Shown in pieces: positions 25,544-35,847 of a DNA stretch of 64,000 nucleotides. Source of the DNA: Ignavibacteria bacterium (lineage in GTDB: Bacteria; Bacteroidota; Ignavibacteria; Tepidaquicellales; Tepidaquicellaceae); assembly GCA_016716125.1 (NCBI GenBank), contig JADJWZ010000020.1, forward strand, positions 7,955 through 71,954. Reading direction: 5' to 3'. The notes beneath the pieces were generated by a model that was given only the letters and a program-made list of their open reading frames with translations, did no database searches and had not been told where the DNA came from. Numbering within the stretch: the stretch's first letter is position 1; each line of letters starts with the position of its first letter. Made by a program: the position numbers and the translations under genes.

Positions 25544-26395
25544 TTAGATTTTTAAAGCATAAATTCCGATCCATTCCGAGCTCATCTGTATATCCGCCAC
25601 TTCAAAGTCATACTGCGTCAGATATTCCAGAATTTCCTGATCTTCGTTTATCAGAATTCCGGACAGGAATAATTTACTTCCGGAATCCATTAAATCTGAA
25701 ACAGCTTCAATATTATCAGTGATAACGCTCCGTATTATATTTGCGCAGACGATATCAAACGATTCGCCTTTTACTTCGCCGATACTTCCTTTTATGAATT
25801 TAATTTTGTCATGAACCTTATTTATTTCAGCGTATTCTTTTGCATTCAAAACGGAATCTTCGTCAATATCCACTGCAACGGCTTTCCCGGCTCCAAGCTT
25901 TATTCCGGCGATTGACAAAATTCCCGTGCCGCATCCGAAATCAAACAGCTTCTCTTCGTTTCCTTCCACGTATTTTGACATGAGTTCAAGCACAAGCTGC
26001 GTCGTCTCATTGTGTCCCGTTCCGAACGACATCTTCGGATCGATCTGAATGAGAATTTTTCCTTCGGTATCTTTTAATTCATGTTCCTTCCATGACGGAT
26101 AAATAATTATCCTCTCATCTATAAAAACCGGTTCTATTGTTTTTTCCCATTCTTCGTTCCAGTTCTTATCTTCCATCAGTCTGAATGAAAAGTCTTTTTT
26201 ACCAATAAGTCCCGTGATCTCGAGTGATTTCCTAAGCATCGTGATCTGATCTTTGGAATCCGGAGGTAAATTTAATATTAACTGACCTTCTTCCTCCAGT
26301 ATATTTTCAATTCCTTCCATATACAGAACATTCATAATGTCATCATAACCGGATTCATTGAAAGCAATTTTTATCTCATAATATTTATCAGCCAT
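25544..26395 (-). CDS. prmA: ribosomal protein L11 methyltransferase
   Basis: FGTGHNETTQL and DFGCGTGILSIA motifs. The ATG at 26395 (MADKYYEIKI) overlaps the folD stop by 8 nt (ATGGCTGA). Confidence 0.9.
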   Translation of the reverse strand: MADKYYEIKIAFNESGYDDIMNVLYMEGIENILEEEGQLILNLPPDSKDQITMLRKSLEITGLIGKKDFSFRLMEDKNWNEEWEKTIEPVFIDERIIIYPSWKEHELKDTEGKILIQIDPKMSFGTGHNETTQLVLELMSKYVEGNEEKLFDFGCGTGILSIAGIKLGAGKAVAVDIDEDSVLNAKEYAEINKVHDKIKFIKGSIGEVKGESFDIVCANIIRSVITDNIEAVSDLMDSGSKLFLSGILINEDQEILEYLTQYDFEVADIQMSSEWIGIYALKI

Positions 26396-27275
26396 AAACT
26401 TCTCCTTTCGCAGCGTCAAGAGTATTTCTCAATAACATCGCAATTGTCATCGGTCCGACTCCGCCGGGTACAGGTGTGATCATTCCGCATTTATCAAAAC
26501 AGCCGTTGTAGTCAACGTCTCCCGTGATCCTGTATCCCGATTTAGTGTCTTTATCTTCCACTCTGTTTATACCGACATCTATAATAACGCATCCCTCTTT
26601 TATGAAATCTTTTTTTACAAAATCAGCTTTGCCGATAGCGGCGATAAGTATATCCGCTTCCGAAGTTACGCTTTTAATATCTGCGGTCTTACTGTGACAT
26701 ACCGTAACCGTACAGTTGAATTCCGGTCTGAGAAGCAGAGAGGCAACCGGTTTGCCTACAATGTTGCTCCTGCCGATTATGACTGCGCGCATTCCTTCGG
26801 TTTTAATATTTTTCCTTCTGAGCATTTCTGTAATACCGAGAGGTGTGCACGGTATGAAGCAATTATCTCCTATAGATAATTTTCCCACATTGACAGGATG
26901 AAAGCCGTCAACATCTTTTTTGTAATCAATCGCTTCTATAATTTTTTTGGGATCGATATGAGCGGGGAGCGGAAGCTGAACGAGAATGCCGTGGATCTTT
27001 TCATCCGAGTTGAATTTTCTGATAAGTTCGAGAAGCTGAGTTTCAATGATATCTCCCGGAACGGCTTCCGTTACGGAATGGAATCCTGCTTCATCGCAGG
27101 CTTTGCCTTTGTTTTTTACATATACACGGGAAGCGGGATCATCACCGGCTATAATGAATGCAAGTCCGGGAGTGACGCCTTTTTCATTTTTAAAAATGTC
27201 CGTTTCAGATTTGACTTCGCTTTTAATTTGGGCGGAAATTTCTTTCCCGTCTATAATTTTACTGATTTTACTCAC
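26388..27275 (-). CDS. folD: bifunctional methylenetetrahydrofolate dehydrogenase / methenyltetrahydrofolate cyclohydrolase
   Basis: 295 aa. GRSNIVGKPVA and PVPGGVGPMTIAML motifs. GTG start. Confidence 0.93.
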   Translation of the reverse strand: MSKISKIIDGKEISAQIKSEVKSETDIFKNEKGVTPGLAFIIAGDDPASRVYVKNKGKACDEAGFHSVTEAVPGDIIETQLLELIRKFNSDEKIHGILVQLPLPAHIDPKKIIEAIDYKKDVDGFHPVNVGKLSIGDNCFIPCTPLGITEMLRRKNIKTEGMRAVIIGRSNIVGKPVASLLLRPEFNCTVTVCHSKTADIKSVTSEADILIAAIGKADFVKKDFIKEGCVIIDVGINRVEDKDTKSGYRITGDVDYNGCFDKCGMITPVPGGVGPMTIAMLLRNTLDAAKGEVYG

Positions 27276-27337
27276 AGATTATAAAATTGAAAAATATAAA
27301 ATAAAAAAATTTAAATTAATTTAATTCCATTACAACT

Positions 27338-28420
27338 TTATTTCTGAACAATATTCATAAACTCATCAAACAGATATTTGCTGTCATTCGGACCGGGGGA
27401 TGATTCAGGATGATACTGAACGGACATTACCGGAAATTTTCTGTGCCTGAGTCCTTCGTTAGTATTGTCATATAGATTTGTATGAGTGATCTTTACTGTA
27501 TCCGTATTCAGTGAATTTTCATCAACTGCGAATCCGTGATTCTGAGCCGTGATCTCGATTTTGTTTTTGTCAAGATTCTTTACGGGATGATTACCGCCTC
27601 TGTGTCCGAATTTTAATTTATAGGTTTTTCCTTCCAGAGCATGAGCGATGAGCTGATGACCGAGACATATTCCGAATATTGGAATTTTTGTTGGTATAAG
27701 ATTTTTAATATTTTCTATAGCATAGGTGACAGCTCCGGGATCGCCGGGACCGTTTGAAAGAAAAATGCCGTGAGGTTTATAATCAAGCACTTCTCGGTGA
27801 TCCGCATCAGCGCTGAATATCTTCAGCTCAGTATTAAATTTCAGAAACTCTCTGAGAATGTTTTTCTTTATGCCGAAATCATAAACTGCAATTCTGTATT
27901 TCGGTTTTTTTGATTTGAACGTATATGAATTTGAAGTTGTAACTTTCTTTACAAGATCGAGACCGGACATGGAAGGGGACTTAAGAACTTTCTCCAGAAG
28001 ATTTTTATCACTTACGCTGTCATCAGAAATCATTCCTCTCATTGAACCTTCGCTTCTGATCATCTTGGTCAGAGCTCTTGTATCGATCCCGTATATTCCC
28101 GTGATCCGGAATTTTTTCAGATAATTATCAAGCGAATGACTTCCTTCATAGTTACTCCATTCATCTTCATAATTACCGACGACTAATCCGGCCGCTTGTA
28201 TTTTTTCGGATTCAATGTCAGTTTCATTCACTCCGTAATTTCCGATCAGCGGATATGTCATTATTATTATCTGTCCTGAATAGGACGGGTCAGTGAGGAT
28301 CTCCTGATAGCCGGTCAGAGAAGTATTGAAAACGACTTCACCGGATGCGTTGCCTTTGTATCCGAAAAGCGTACCTTCGAATATCACTCCGTTTTCTAAA
28401 ACCAGCTTACCTTTTGACAA
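27338..28420 (-). CDS. carA: carbamoyl-phosphate synthase small (glutamine amidotransferase) subunit
   Basis: 360 aa. GICLGHQL catalytic Cys motif, HRGGNHPV, and a QYHPE-type His/Glu segment. Confidence 0.93.
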   Translation of the reverse strand: MSKGKLVLENGVIFEGTLFGYKGNASGEVVFNTSLTGYQEILTDPSYSGQIIIMTYPLIGNYGVNETDIESEKIQAAGLVVGNYEDEWSNYEGSHSLDNYLKKFRITGIYGIDTRALTKMIRSEGSMRGMISDDSVSDKNLLEKVLKSPSMSGLDLVKKVTTSNSYTFKSKKPKYRIAVYDFGIKKNILREFLKFNTELKIFSADADHREVLDYKPHGIFLSNGPGDPGAVTYAIENIKNLIPTKIPIFGICLGHQLIAHALEGKTYKLKFGHRGGNHPVKNLDKNKIEITAQNHGFAVDENSLNTDTVKITHTNLYDNTNEGLRHRKFPVMSVQYHPESSPGPNDSKYLFDEFMNIVQK

Positions 28421-28427
28421 ATAAATT

Positions 28428-30242
28428 CTACTTTAAATATTTTTCCAGAAATTCGATCTTCGCTTTGAATACCTTTATCTGATTTGAAACTTTACTGAAT
28501 CCGTGACCTTCGTCTTCAAGAAGAATATATTCGACGGGCTTATTCATTTCTTTCAGTTTATTTACTATCTGTTCGGATTCGGCTACCACTACTCTCGGGT
28601 CATGCCTACCCTGAACTACAAATAGCGGACACTTTATATTATCAACAAAATTTATCGGTGATCTTTCCTTAAGAAGTTCACTGTCAGTATCAGGATTTCC
28701 GACCAAGTTATCTGTCCCTTTTTTCCAGTGCTCCGGTACGGATTTTACAAACGTAAAAAGATCAGACGGTCCGAAAATATCAATAGCGCATTTCCAGATA
28801 TCGGGAGCTTTTGTAATGCATGTCAGACACATAAAACCTCCGAAGCTTCCGCCTACTACTGCAATTTTTTTCGGATCGACATATCCGGTTGTCTTGAGAT
28901 AATCTACGCTGTGAAGGACGTCCTTAAATTCCGCGCCGCCCCAGTCCTTATAGATCATCTTTTGAAAAGTCTTTCCGTAACCGGTACTGCCTCTGAAATT
29001 CGGACAGATAACAATGTATCCGTTATTAGAAAATATCTGAACATACTTGCTGAAGTTATGCATCTCCTGATGCTCGGGTCCGCCGTGAGGCCAGACTATT
29101 GCCGGATTTGATCCGTCTTTCTTAAGACCTTTCGGAATGTACAGAATGCCGTGAATTTTCAGTCCGTCAAAACTTTTATAAAAAATATCTTTTGGTTTTG
29201 TCAGACCTTTTTTTGAAACTCCGCCGACTAATGAATTAGTGATCTGCTTAAAAGTATTTTTCTTTAAGTCATATACAAAAATATCTCCGGGATGTAAAGG
29301 ACTGTCACAGATGAACACGATTTTTTTATCATCATTCGTAAAAGTAAGATGACCGTAATTTCCTTTCGGCAGTTTTAATTTCTGAGTTTTACCCGTCCTC
29401 AGATTTTTTACTTTAGGCGTATAGTTACCGTTCACATTTACATTCCACACAAGAATGTTTTTATCATGTGAAAAAGCGAAACCGGTTACATCCCAGTTTT
29501 CCTTTATTATCCATTTACTCTTTTTCTTTTTAATGTCATAATACTTTATACCTTTAAATTCTCTTCCCTCGTCAGAAATATAATAGAATCCGTTATTTTT
29601 TTTATCAAATTCCGAACCCGCATTAAACACATTAGTTTCTATATCATGCTCGGTAATATTCGTAATGGTATCATTCTTTGTATCGTGAAGCAGAATGTCC
29701 ATATTTATATTTCCGTAAAATTTTATATAAGTTATATATCTTTCATTGCTGCTCCAGGATTCAGCATGCGTGGGATAATGATCGTCAAAAGCTTTTATAA
29801 GGAAATTTTCACCTGATTTGAAATCCTGAATATAGACATCGAAATTATATTTAAGTCTTTTATTTGTAGAGAAGAGAAACTTGCTTCCTTTTTTATTGAA
29901 TGAATGAAAAAAACACTGAGAGTCTGCAAAATCTTTTGAGAGGTGGGAAACTTCAGAGTTAGATTCATCAAGTTTGTATATCTGAAGATTCTCATTCCCT
30001 TCCGTATCGCTTAAAAAAACCAGTTCCTTTGATTTAGGATTTTGATAAAGCGCTTTAACGGAATCGTGCCATGTAGTGATCTGATCCGCCCAGCCGCCTT
30101 CGATCGGCACTGACCATATCTGCGGACTTCCTGAAGTATTCGTTATGAAAAAAATACATTTATCATCTTTTGAAACCGTGAAGTCGAATATAGTCCTGAT
30201 AGAAAAAAATTTTTCTACTGAATACTTTTGTACTTTTGTCAA
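28428..30242 (-). CDS. S9-family serine peptidase (prolyl oligopeptidase/acylaminoacyl-peptidase-like)
   Basis: 604 aa. N-terminal propeller-like region. Nucleophile motif VGGSFGGF and C-terminal EDEGHGF. Confidence 0.88.
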   Translation of the reverse strand: MTKVQKYSVEKFFSIRTIFDFTVSKDDKCIFFITNTSGSPQIWSVPIEGGWADQITTWHDSVKALYQNPKSKELVFLSDTEGNENLQIYKLDESNSEVSHLSKDFADSQCFFHSFNKKGSKFLFSTNKRLKYNFDVYIQDFKSGENFLIKAFDDHYPTHAESWSSNERYITYIKFYGNINMDILLHDTKNDTITNITEHDIETNVFNAGSEFDKKNNGFYYISDEGREFKGIKYYDIKKKKSKWIIKENWDVTGFAFSHDKNILVWNVNVNGNYTPKVKNLRTGKTQKLKLPKGNYGHLTFTNDDKKIVFICDSPLHPGDIFVYDLKKNTFKQITNSLVGGVSKKGLTKPKDIFYKSFDGLKIHGILYIPKGLKKDGSNPAIVWPHGGPEHQEMHNFSKYVQIFSNNGYIVICPNFRGSTGYGKTFQKMIYKDWGGAEFKDVLHSVDYLKTTGYVDPKKIAVVGGSFGGFMCLTCITKAPDIWKCAIDIFGPSDLFTFVKSVPEHWKKGTDNLVGNPDTDSELLKERSPINFVDNIKCPLFVVQGRHDPRVVVAESEQIVNKLKEMNKPVEYILLEDEGHGFSKVSNQIKVFKAKIEFLEKYLK

Positions 30243-30465
30243 TTTAATTTAATGTGATTTAAAATTATAAATAGAATTTGATAAAGATAACTTTTTTAGA
30301 AAACAATTTTTAGTCTAAACTTAAGTTCACCGGTATTTATTAAATAATCGGATTTTCATGAGGTACATTCAGAAAGAATTCTGTTATTTCTGTGAACGAA
30401 AAGCCAGCAGGCTCGAAAGGTTAATACAATGCCTGAGAACTGTTGTAAAAAAAAATCAGTATAGA

Positions 30466-31683
30466 TCATTTTATCAAAACGGCTTTACCAAAATAATTTC
30501 CAAGATCCGTTCTCAGTGAATAAAAATATACTCCGCTTGGATAGTTATTCGCATTCCATACAACTGAATAACTTCCGGGAGCCTGTCTCTTTTTAAGAAG
30601 CAGTTCGGTAAATTCTCCGGATGCAGTATAGATCTCCAGCACTACATTCGTATTTGTGATAAGATTATAGCTTATTGTAGTAGAGGGATTAAACGGATTG
30701 GGGAAATTATCATGCAAAGTATTTTTTATCGGGAAAATATTTTCATTTGTGTTTTCGCTGATACCGACGGGAGATAAAGTATATTTATATACCTGATTCC
30801 CGCTTGCATATGCAATGCTGTCACCGGCAATAAATATTCCGTGGATTCTGCTGCCGACATTTATGTGGCTCCAGTTAAATCCGCCGTTTGTAGTCTGATG
30901 AATTCCAAAGTTGCCGTGATTTGCAACCCAGCCTGTATTTTCATTTATAAAACCAATCGGATCGAGATCTGGAGAGGTAGTAGGTATTTCAATTCTGATC
31001 CAGTTATGACCTCCGTCCGTAGTTTTTATGACAGCTCCGTTACCCTGCACAAATCTCTCGATGGTTGCATAACCGAGCAGATCATTTACAAAATAAATAT
31101 TCCATACATGTTCGCTCTGAATCAGGGATTTATACACCTTGCTCCATGTGATCCCTGCATCTGTGGTCCGGAGCATTGCGCTTCCTTCCGTGATGATGTT
31201 GCTTCTCGATCCGAGGAAACCCGTAGAAGCGTCCAGGAACCAAACGCCGACCTGATAATTACTGTAAGCGCCCATATCAATGTTTTCAAATGTCAGTCCG
31301 GCATTGGTGGTTTTGATAATGTTTGTCGGTCCGCTGTATTTCCCCGATCCGTACATGATGGAATCTCCGATCACTGAAATATCGCAAACACCTACAGGAG
31401 GAGGTGAGATCATAGTATCTATTCTTATCCAGTTTTCGCCGCTGTTTGTTGTCTTATAAAGTCTTCCGCTGAGAGAGCCGACCCATCCGAGATTTTCATT
31501 ATTGAATGCCACGCTTCTGAAATATCCGCCGTCAGGATCTGAGAACTGCAGTGTGAAATTCAAACCGCCGTTTGTAGTTTTATAAATTTCATCTTCACCT
31601 GCCTGTACTACCCATCCTGTATTTTCATTAATAAACCAAAGGTCCTCATATCTTATAGAGGCACCGGTAATTAATAATTTCAT
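30466..31683 (-). CDS. T9SS C-terminal sorting domain protein with BNR/Asp-box repeats; no recognisable signal peptide
   Basis: 405 aa. TTNGGLNF, TTNSGENW, TTDAGITW, TTDGGHNW boxes. C-terminus DNFPNPFNPSTTISYNL...GVYFYSL...AVLIK. N-terminus MKLLITGASIRYEDLWF is not signal-like. Confidence 0.8.
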   Translation of the reverse strand: MKLLITGASIRYEDLWFINENTGWVVQAGEDEIYKTTNGGLNFTLQFSDPDGGYFRSVAFNNENLGWVGSLSGRLYKTTNSGENWIRIDTMISPPPVGVCDISVIGDSIMYGSGKYSGPTNIIKTTNAGLTFENIDMGAYSNYQVGVWFLDASTGFLGSRSNIITEGSAMLRTTDAGITWSKVYKSLIQSEHVWNIYFVNDLLGYATIERFVQGNGAVIKTTDGGHNWIRIEIPTTSPDLDPIGFINENTGWVANHGNFGIHQTTNGGFNWSHINVGSRIHGIFIAGDSIAYASGNQVYKYTLSPVGISENTNENIFPIKNTLHDNFPNPFNPSTTISYNLITNTNVVLEIYTASGEFTELLLKKRQAPGSYSVVWNANNYPSGVYFYSLRTDLGNYFGKAVLIK

Positions 31684-31686
31684 TCT

Positions 31687-32850
31687 TTATTTTAGTAAGA
31701 TCATTTTACCGGATAGTTTTATATTACCCGATCTCAAAATATAAAAATATATTCCGCTCGGTAATCCGGCGGCATTCCAGTTGTATGTGTATTCACCTTT
31801 ATTCATTACATCATTTACAATTCCGCTTATCTTTCTGCCGCTGATATCATAAACCGACAGATCAATTTCAGATCTTGCGGGAATCGTAAATCCAATTACT
31901 GTATTGGGATTAAACGGATTAGGATAATTTTGTCTGAGAATAAATCCGTCCGGTATATTTTCCGAAACAGCTTGTATCCCGGTAGTTTTCAAACTGTAAC
32001 CGGAAATGAAATTCATTGAAGCCGAACCCGCGGCAGTAAAGCTTCCACCAGCTACAAATGATGAACTAAATGTATTAAATGTATAAACAGCATTGTTAAA
32101 ATTTCCCGAAGATATCCAGTTCGTTCCGTTCCATTTCGCTACATTCCTGATCTGCTGTGAATTAATCTCTGCAAAAAACCCGCCGATATAAAGCTGTCCG
32201 TTATATGAATACATTTTATTCACAGCTGCGCTGCTGCCTGTAATTTCATCCTGACTGAAAGATGACCATCCGGACCCTGTCCATTTTGCGATCTTATCAG
32301 CCTCATTTCCGTCAGCAGTTGTAAAGGCACCGGCTGCCAGCAATTCACCGTTAAAAATTTCAAGATCAAATACAGAACTGTTCATGCCAAATCCAAGTGA
32401 CTGCCATTGAGTACCGTTCCATCTGGCAGTTCTGTTTGCAGTGTTTCCTCCTGCCGTTGAGAATGTACCGCCGGCGATCAGTTCATTATTGTACACTTCC
32501 ATCGAAGTAACGACATTATTCGTTCCGCTGCCAAGCGGCTGCCATACAGACCCGTTCCATCTGGCAATTCTGTTTGCACCGGATCCGCCTGCTGTTGTAA
32601 AAGCGCCCCCTGCATATAATTCTCCGTTAAAGACAAGCAGAGAACTAATGAAATTATTCATACCCGTTCCCAAAGGCAGCCATGCCGAACCGTTCCACTT
32701 TGCGATATAATTAGCACTTGTGCCGCCAGCCTGAGTAAAGTATCCCGCAGCAATTAATTCTCCGTTAAATACAGAAAGCGCATAGACATCATCATTCATT
32801 CCGCTTCCCAAAGAATTCCATTCCGCCCCGTCCCATAAAGCTATATGCAT
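31687..32850 (-). CDS. C-terminal part of a frameshift-split T9SS cargo protein built from about 47-aa (A/I)-x-W-N-G-x-x-W repeats
   Basis: Repeats IAKWNGSAW..LGTGMN. C-terminus QNYPNPFNPNTVIGFTI...GIYFYIL...MILLK. The reading frame upstream of its Met stays open and joins 32994..34025 after a 1-nt shift. Confidence 0.85.
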   Translation of the reverse strand: MHIALWDGAEWNSLGSGMNDDVYALSVFNGELIAAGYFTQAGGTSANYIAKWNGSAWLPLGTGMNNFISSLLVFNGELYAGGAFTTAGGSGANRIARWNGSVWQPLGSGTNNVVTSMEVYNNELIAGGTFSTAGGNTANRTARWNGTQWQSLGFGMNSSVFDLEIFNGELLAAGAFTTADGNEADKIAKWTGSGWSSFSQDEITGSSAAVNKMYSYNGQLYIGGFFAEINSQQIRNVAKWNGTNWISSGNFNNAVYTFNTFSSSFVAGGSFTAAGSASMNFISGYSLKTTGIQAVSENIPDGFILRQNYPNPFNPNTVIGFTIPARSEIDLSVYDISGRKISGIVNDVMNKGEYTYNWNAAGLPSGIYFYILRSGNIKLSGKMILLK

Positions 32851-32993
32851 TGCGGTGTTATTTCCCGCTTCAGTGAAACTTCCGCCTACTGCTAATTTAT
32901 TATCAAATATTTCAGATGATAAAACGGAATTATTAAGACCGCTTCCATACTGACTCCAGATACGCGAGCTGGTATCAGATACTGCTATGAATC

Positions 32994-34025
32994 TTAAAGA
33001 TTCATTACCGGTAAGAGTAAAATCCCCGCCGCAGTAAAATAGATTGTTTGACTCGTAAAAAGTTTGGACCTGATTATTAAAACCGGAGCCAGCCTGACTC
33101 CAGTTGCTGCCGTTCCATTTGCCGCCTTTGAAGCCGGTATGCCGCCTGCATTATTAAAATTACCTCCGGCATACAGCAGATTATTATAATAATAAATAAC
33201 AGAAACCGTTCCGTCAGCACCGGATCCGAGCGGAGACCAGCCGGAGCCGTTCCATCGGGCGATCCTGTTTACCGGATCGGAACCGGATAATGTAAAAATG
33301 CCTCCTGCATAAAGTTCTGATCCGTCAGATTCCAGAGAATATACTGCATTATTAAATCCGTTTCCGAGAGGCAGCCATTCGGCGCCGTTCCATTCTGCTA
33401 TTCTGTTCAGAGCAGCGGAACCGGAAGAAGTAAAATTTCCCCCGGCGATAATTTTTCCGGAATGAACTGAAACGACTCTTGTCAGAGCGTTTAACCCGTT
33501 TCCGAGAGGCAGCCATTCGGCGCCGTTCCATCTTGCGATATTACTCACGGCGACTGATCCGGATAGAGTAAAACTTCCGGCAGCTATAAGTTCATTATTA
33601 AATACAGTCATTGAAAAGACCGTACCGTTCAGACCTGAACCTAAAGAAGACCATACCGTCCCATTCCACTTTGCGATATTATTTACGCTGACCGAACCGC
33701 CGGCAGTGGAAAAATTTCCCGCAGCTATTAATTCATTGTTAAATTTTATTACTGAATTGACATCTCCGTTCACACCTCCGCCGATCCCCGACCACACTGC
33801 GCCGTTCCATTTGATGATCCGGCTGGCGATCACACCGCCGCCGGCCGTCTGAAATGTGCCGCCCGCTACAAGGTCACCGTTGAATTCAGACAGAGCTCTT
33901 ACTGATGCATTGGGTCCGGCTCCGACGTTTACCCAGTTACCGCTTCCGTTTGAATAAACGTCACAGAATGAAAGTATAAAAAATGAAAATATAACCTGTA
34001 AAAATAAAGTAAGCCTGCTTTTCAA
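32994..34025 (-). CDS. N-terminal part of the same frameshift-split WNG-repeat T9SS cargo protein
   Basis: Signal peptide MKSRLTLFLQVIFSFFILSF. Six WNG repeats. The last roughly 45 residues (ANGTAATGVRLAPV...) are out-of-frame read-through. Confidence 0.85.
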   Translation of the reverse strand: MKSRLTLFLQVIFSFFILSFCDVYSNGSGNWVNVGAGPNASVRALSEFNGDLVAGGTFQTAGGGVIASRIIKWNGAVWSGIGGGVNGDVNSVIKFNNELIAAGNFSTAGGSVSVNNIAKWNGTVWSSLGSGLNGTVFSMTVFNNELIAAGSFTLSGSVAVSNIARWNGAEWLPLGNGLNALTRVVSVHSGKIIAGGNFTSSGSAALNRIAEWNGAEWLPLGNGFNNAVYSLESDGSELYAGGIFTLSGSDPVNRIARWNGSGWSPLGSGADGTVSVIYYYNNLLYAGGNFNNAGGIPASKAANGTAATGVRLAPVLIIRSKLFTSQTIYFTAAGILLLPVMNL

Positions 34026-34305
34026 ATCTTATATTAATTTTTCAAAACTTAACTATTTAATTTTTTATTAACAATATTATTTTTGATTTCAGATAGTTTT
34101 CCGGGAGACCGATGAACCGGCAGGTATTTTATAATAACCGCACATCATTTGTCAACACAGACTGCCATAGTCTTGCTTAAACATACAGATGGTTTCGCTT
34201 CCCCCGGTTCTTTATTCCTTAAGTGGTGAGAACCTGTAATTTTGATAATAATTTATTACTAACATTTTTAATTAACTATTTTTAGTTTAGAAAAAAACTT
34301 TACCA

Positions 34306-35847
34306 TTGAAAAAGAATTTACACCTCTGCATTCACGGACATTTTTACCAGCCGCCGAGAGAAAATGCCTGGACAAACGAGATCGAGCCTCAGTCTTCCGC
34401 TGAACCGTTTCATGACTGGAACGAGAGAATATTTCAGGAATGCTATAAGCCGAATACTGAAGCTGTCATAGTGGATCATCACGACAAAGTAGTAAAGAGA
34501 ATTAACAATTTCGAATATTTCAGTTTTAATTTCGGACCGACGCTCTTATCATGGATCAGAAATATGCATCCGAAGACATATGCAAAGATCATAGAAGGAG
34601 ACAAGATAAGCATGGAAAAATACAGCGGTCACGGAAATGCAATTGCTATGGTATACAGTCATCTAATAATGCCGCTTGCTAACCGTCGGGACAAAGTTAC
34701 TCAGATAAAGTGGGGAGTGACGGATTTCAGATTTCATTTCGGCAGAGAGCCGGAAGGAATATGGCTTTCGGAAACGGCATGCAATGAAGAAACGCTAGAA
34801 ACTCTTATTGACGAAGGGATCGGATATATTATTCTTGATCCTTCGCAGGCTGAAAAAGTTCGTAAATCGGGTGAAAGGTCCTGGCATGATGTTTCAGCCG
34901 GAAATATTTATACAGGCAGTCCGTATGTGTATTATCACGGAAGGGGTAAAAAGAAATTTATAAACATTTTTTTCTATGACGGTCCTTTGTCAAAAAATAT
35001 TGCTTTCGATGATCATATATTCAGCTCCGAAAAACTGCTGGAAAGGATAAGACAGGTTCCTTTTGATAAAGACGGAGACGACACACTTATAAGCGTTGCA
35101 GTTGACGGTGAAACATTCGGTCACCACAAGCATTATGCAGAAAGGAGTCTGTCTTATTTATTCAGCGATCTCATTCCGGAATCTGAATTTGAGTTAACTA
35201 ATTTCGGCAAATATCTTAGCGACCATCCGCCTGATTATGAAGTTAAAATTAAAAAAGGCGAAGCTGAATTTGGAACTTCATGGAGCTGCCTTCACGGCGT
35301 AGGCAGATGGAAGGAAAATTGCGGCTGCGGCAGAACGGATGAATACGCTTCCCAGGAATGGCGGAAAACTTTGAGAGAAAGTCTTGATTGGCTTAGGGAT
35401 GAACTCATTTTAATTTATGAGAATAACGGAAATGAACTTTTCAAAGATATCTGGAATGCGAGAAATGATTACATAAATATTTATCTCGACCCTTCAGATG
35501 AAGTCATTGTAAAATTTTACTTCGATAATGCGAAAAAAATTCTGTCTGAAAAAGAAATTGAGCTTAGCATTGATCTGCTTGAGATGCAGAGATTTTCAAT
35601 GCTGATGTACACAAGCTGCGGTTGGTTCTTCTCGGATATTTCCGGCATTGAGACTCTGCAGATACTTGAATACGCTAAGAGAGCGATGGAGCTGGCGTAT
35701 AAGGTAACCGGCAGTGATCCTGAGCCGGAATTTACAGACAGAATTTCAGAAGCTAAAAGCAATCTGACAAAATATAAAGACGGCAGGGAATTATATGAAA
35801 AGGAAATTACAGAGAAAAGATTTGAAGCGATTCAAAATAATGATTGA
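34306..35847 (+). CDS. glycoside hydrolase family 57 protein (alpha-glucan-active, with C-terminal DUF3536-like region)
   Basis: HGHFYQPPRENAW, WLSETA and DGETFGHH motifs characteristic of GH57. TTG start. Confidence 0.88.
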   Translation: MKKNLHLCIHGHFYQPPRENAWTNEIEPQSSAEPFHDWNERIFQECYKPNTEAVIVDHHDKVVKRINNFEYFSFNFGPTLLSWIRNMHPKTYAKIIEGDKISMEKYSGHGNAIAMVYSHLIMPLANRRDKVTQIKWGVTDFRFHFGREPEGIWLSETACNEETLETLIDEGIGYIILDPSQAEKVRKSGERSWHDVSAGNIYTGSPYVYYHGRGKKKFINIFFYDGPLSKNIAFDDHIFSSEKLLERIRQVPFDKDGDDTLISVAVDGETFGHHKHYAERSLSYLFSDLIPESEFELTNFGKYLSDHPPDYEVKIKKGEAEFGTSWSCLHGVGRWKENCGCGRTDEYASQEWRKTLRESLDWLRDELILIYENNGNELFKDIWNARNDYINIYLDPSDEVIVKFYFDNAKKILSEKEIELSIDLLEMQRFSMLMYTSCGWFFSDISGIETLQILEYAKRAMELAYKVTGSDPEPEFTDRISEAKSNLTKYKDGRELYEKEITEKRFEAIQNND

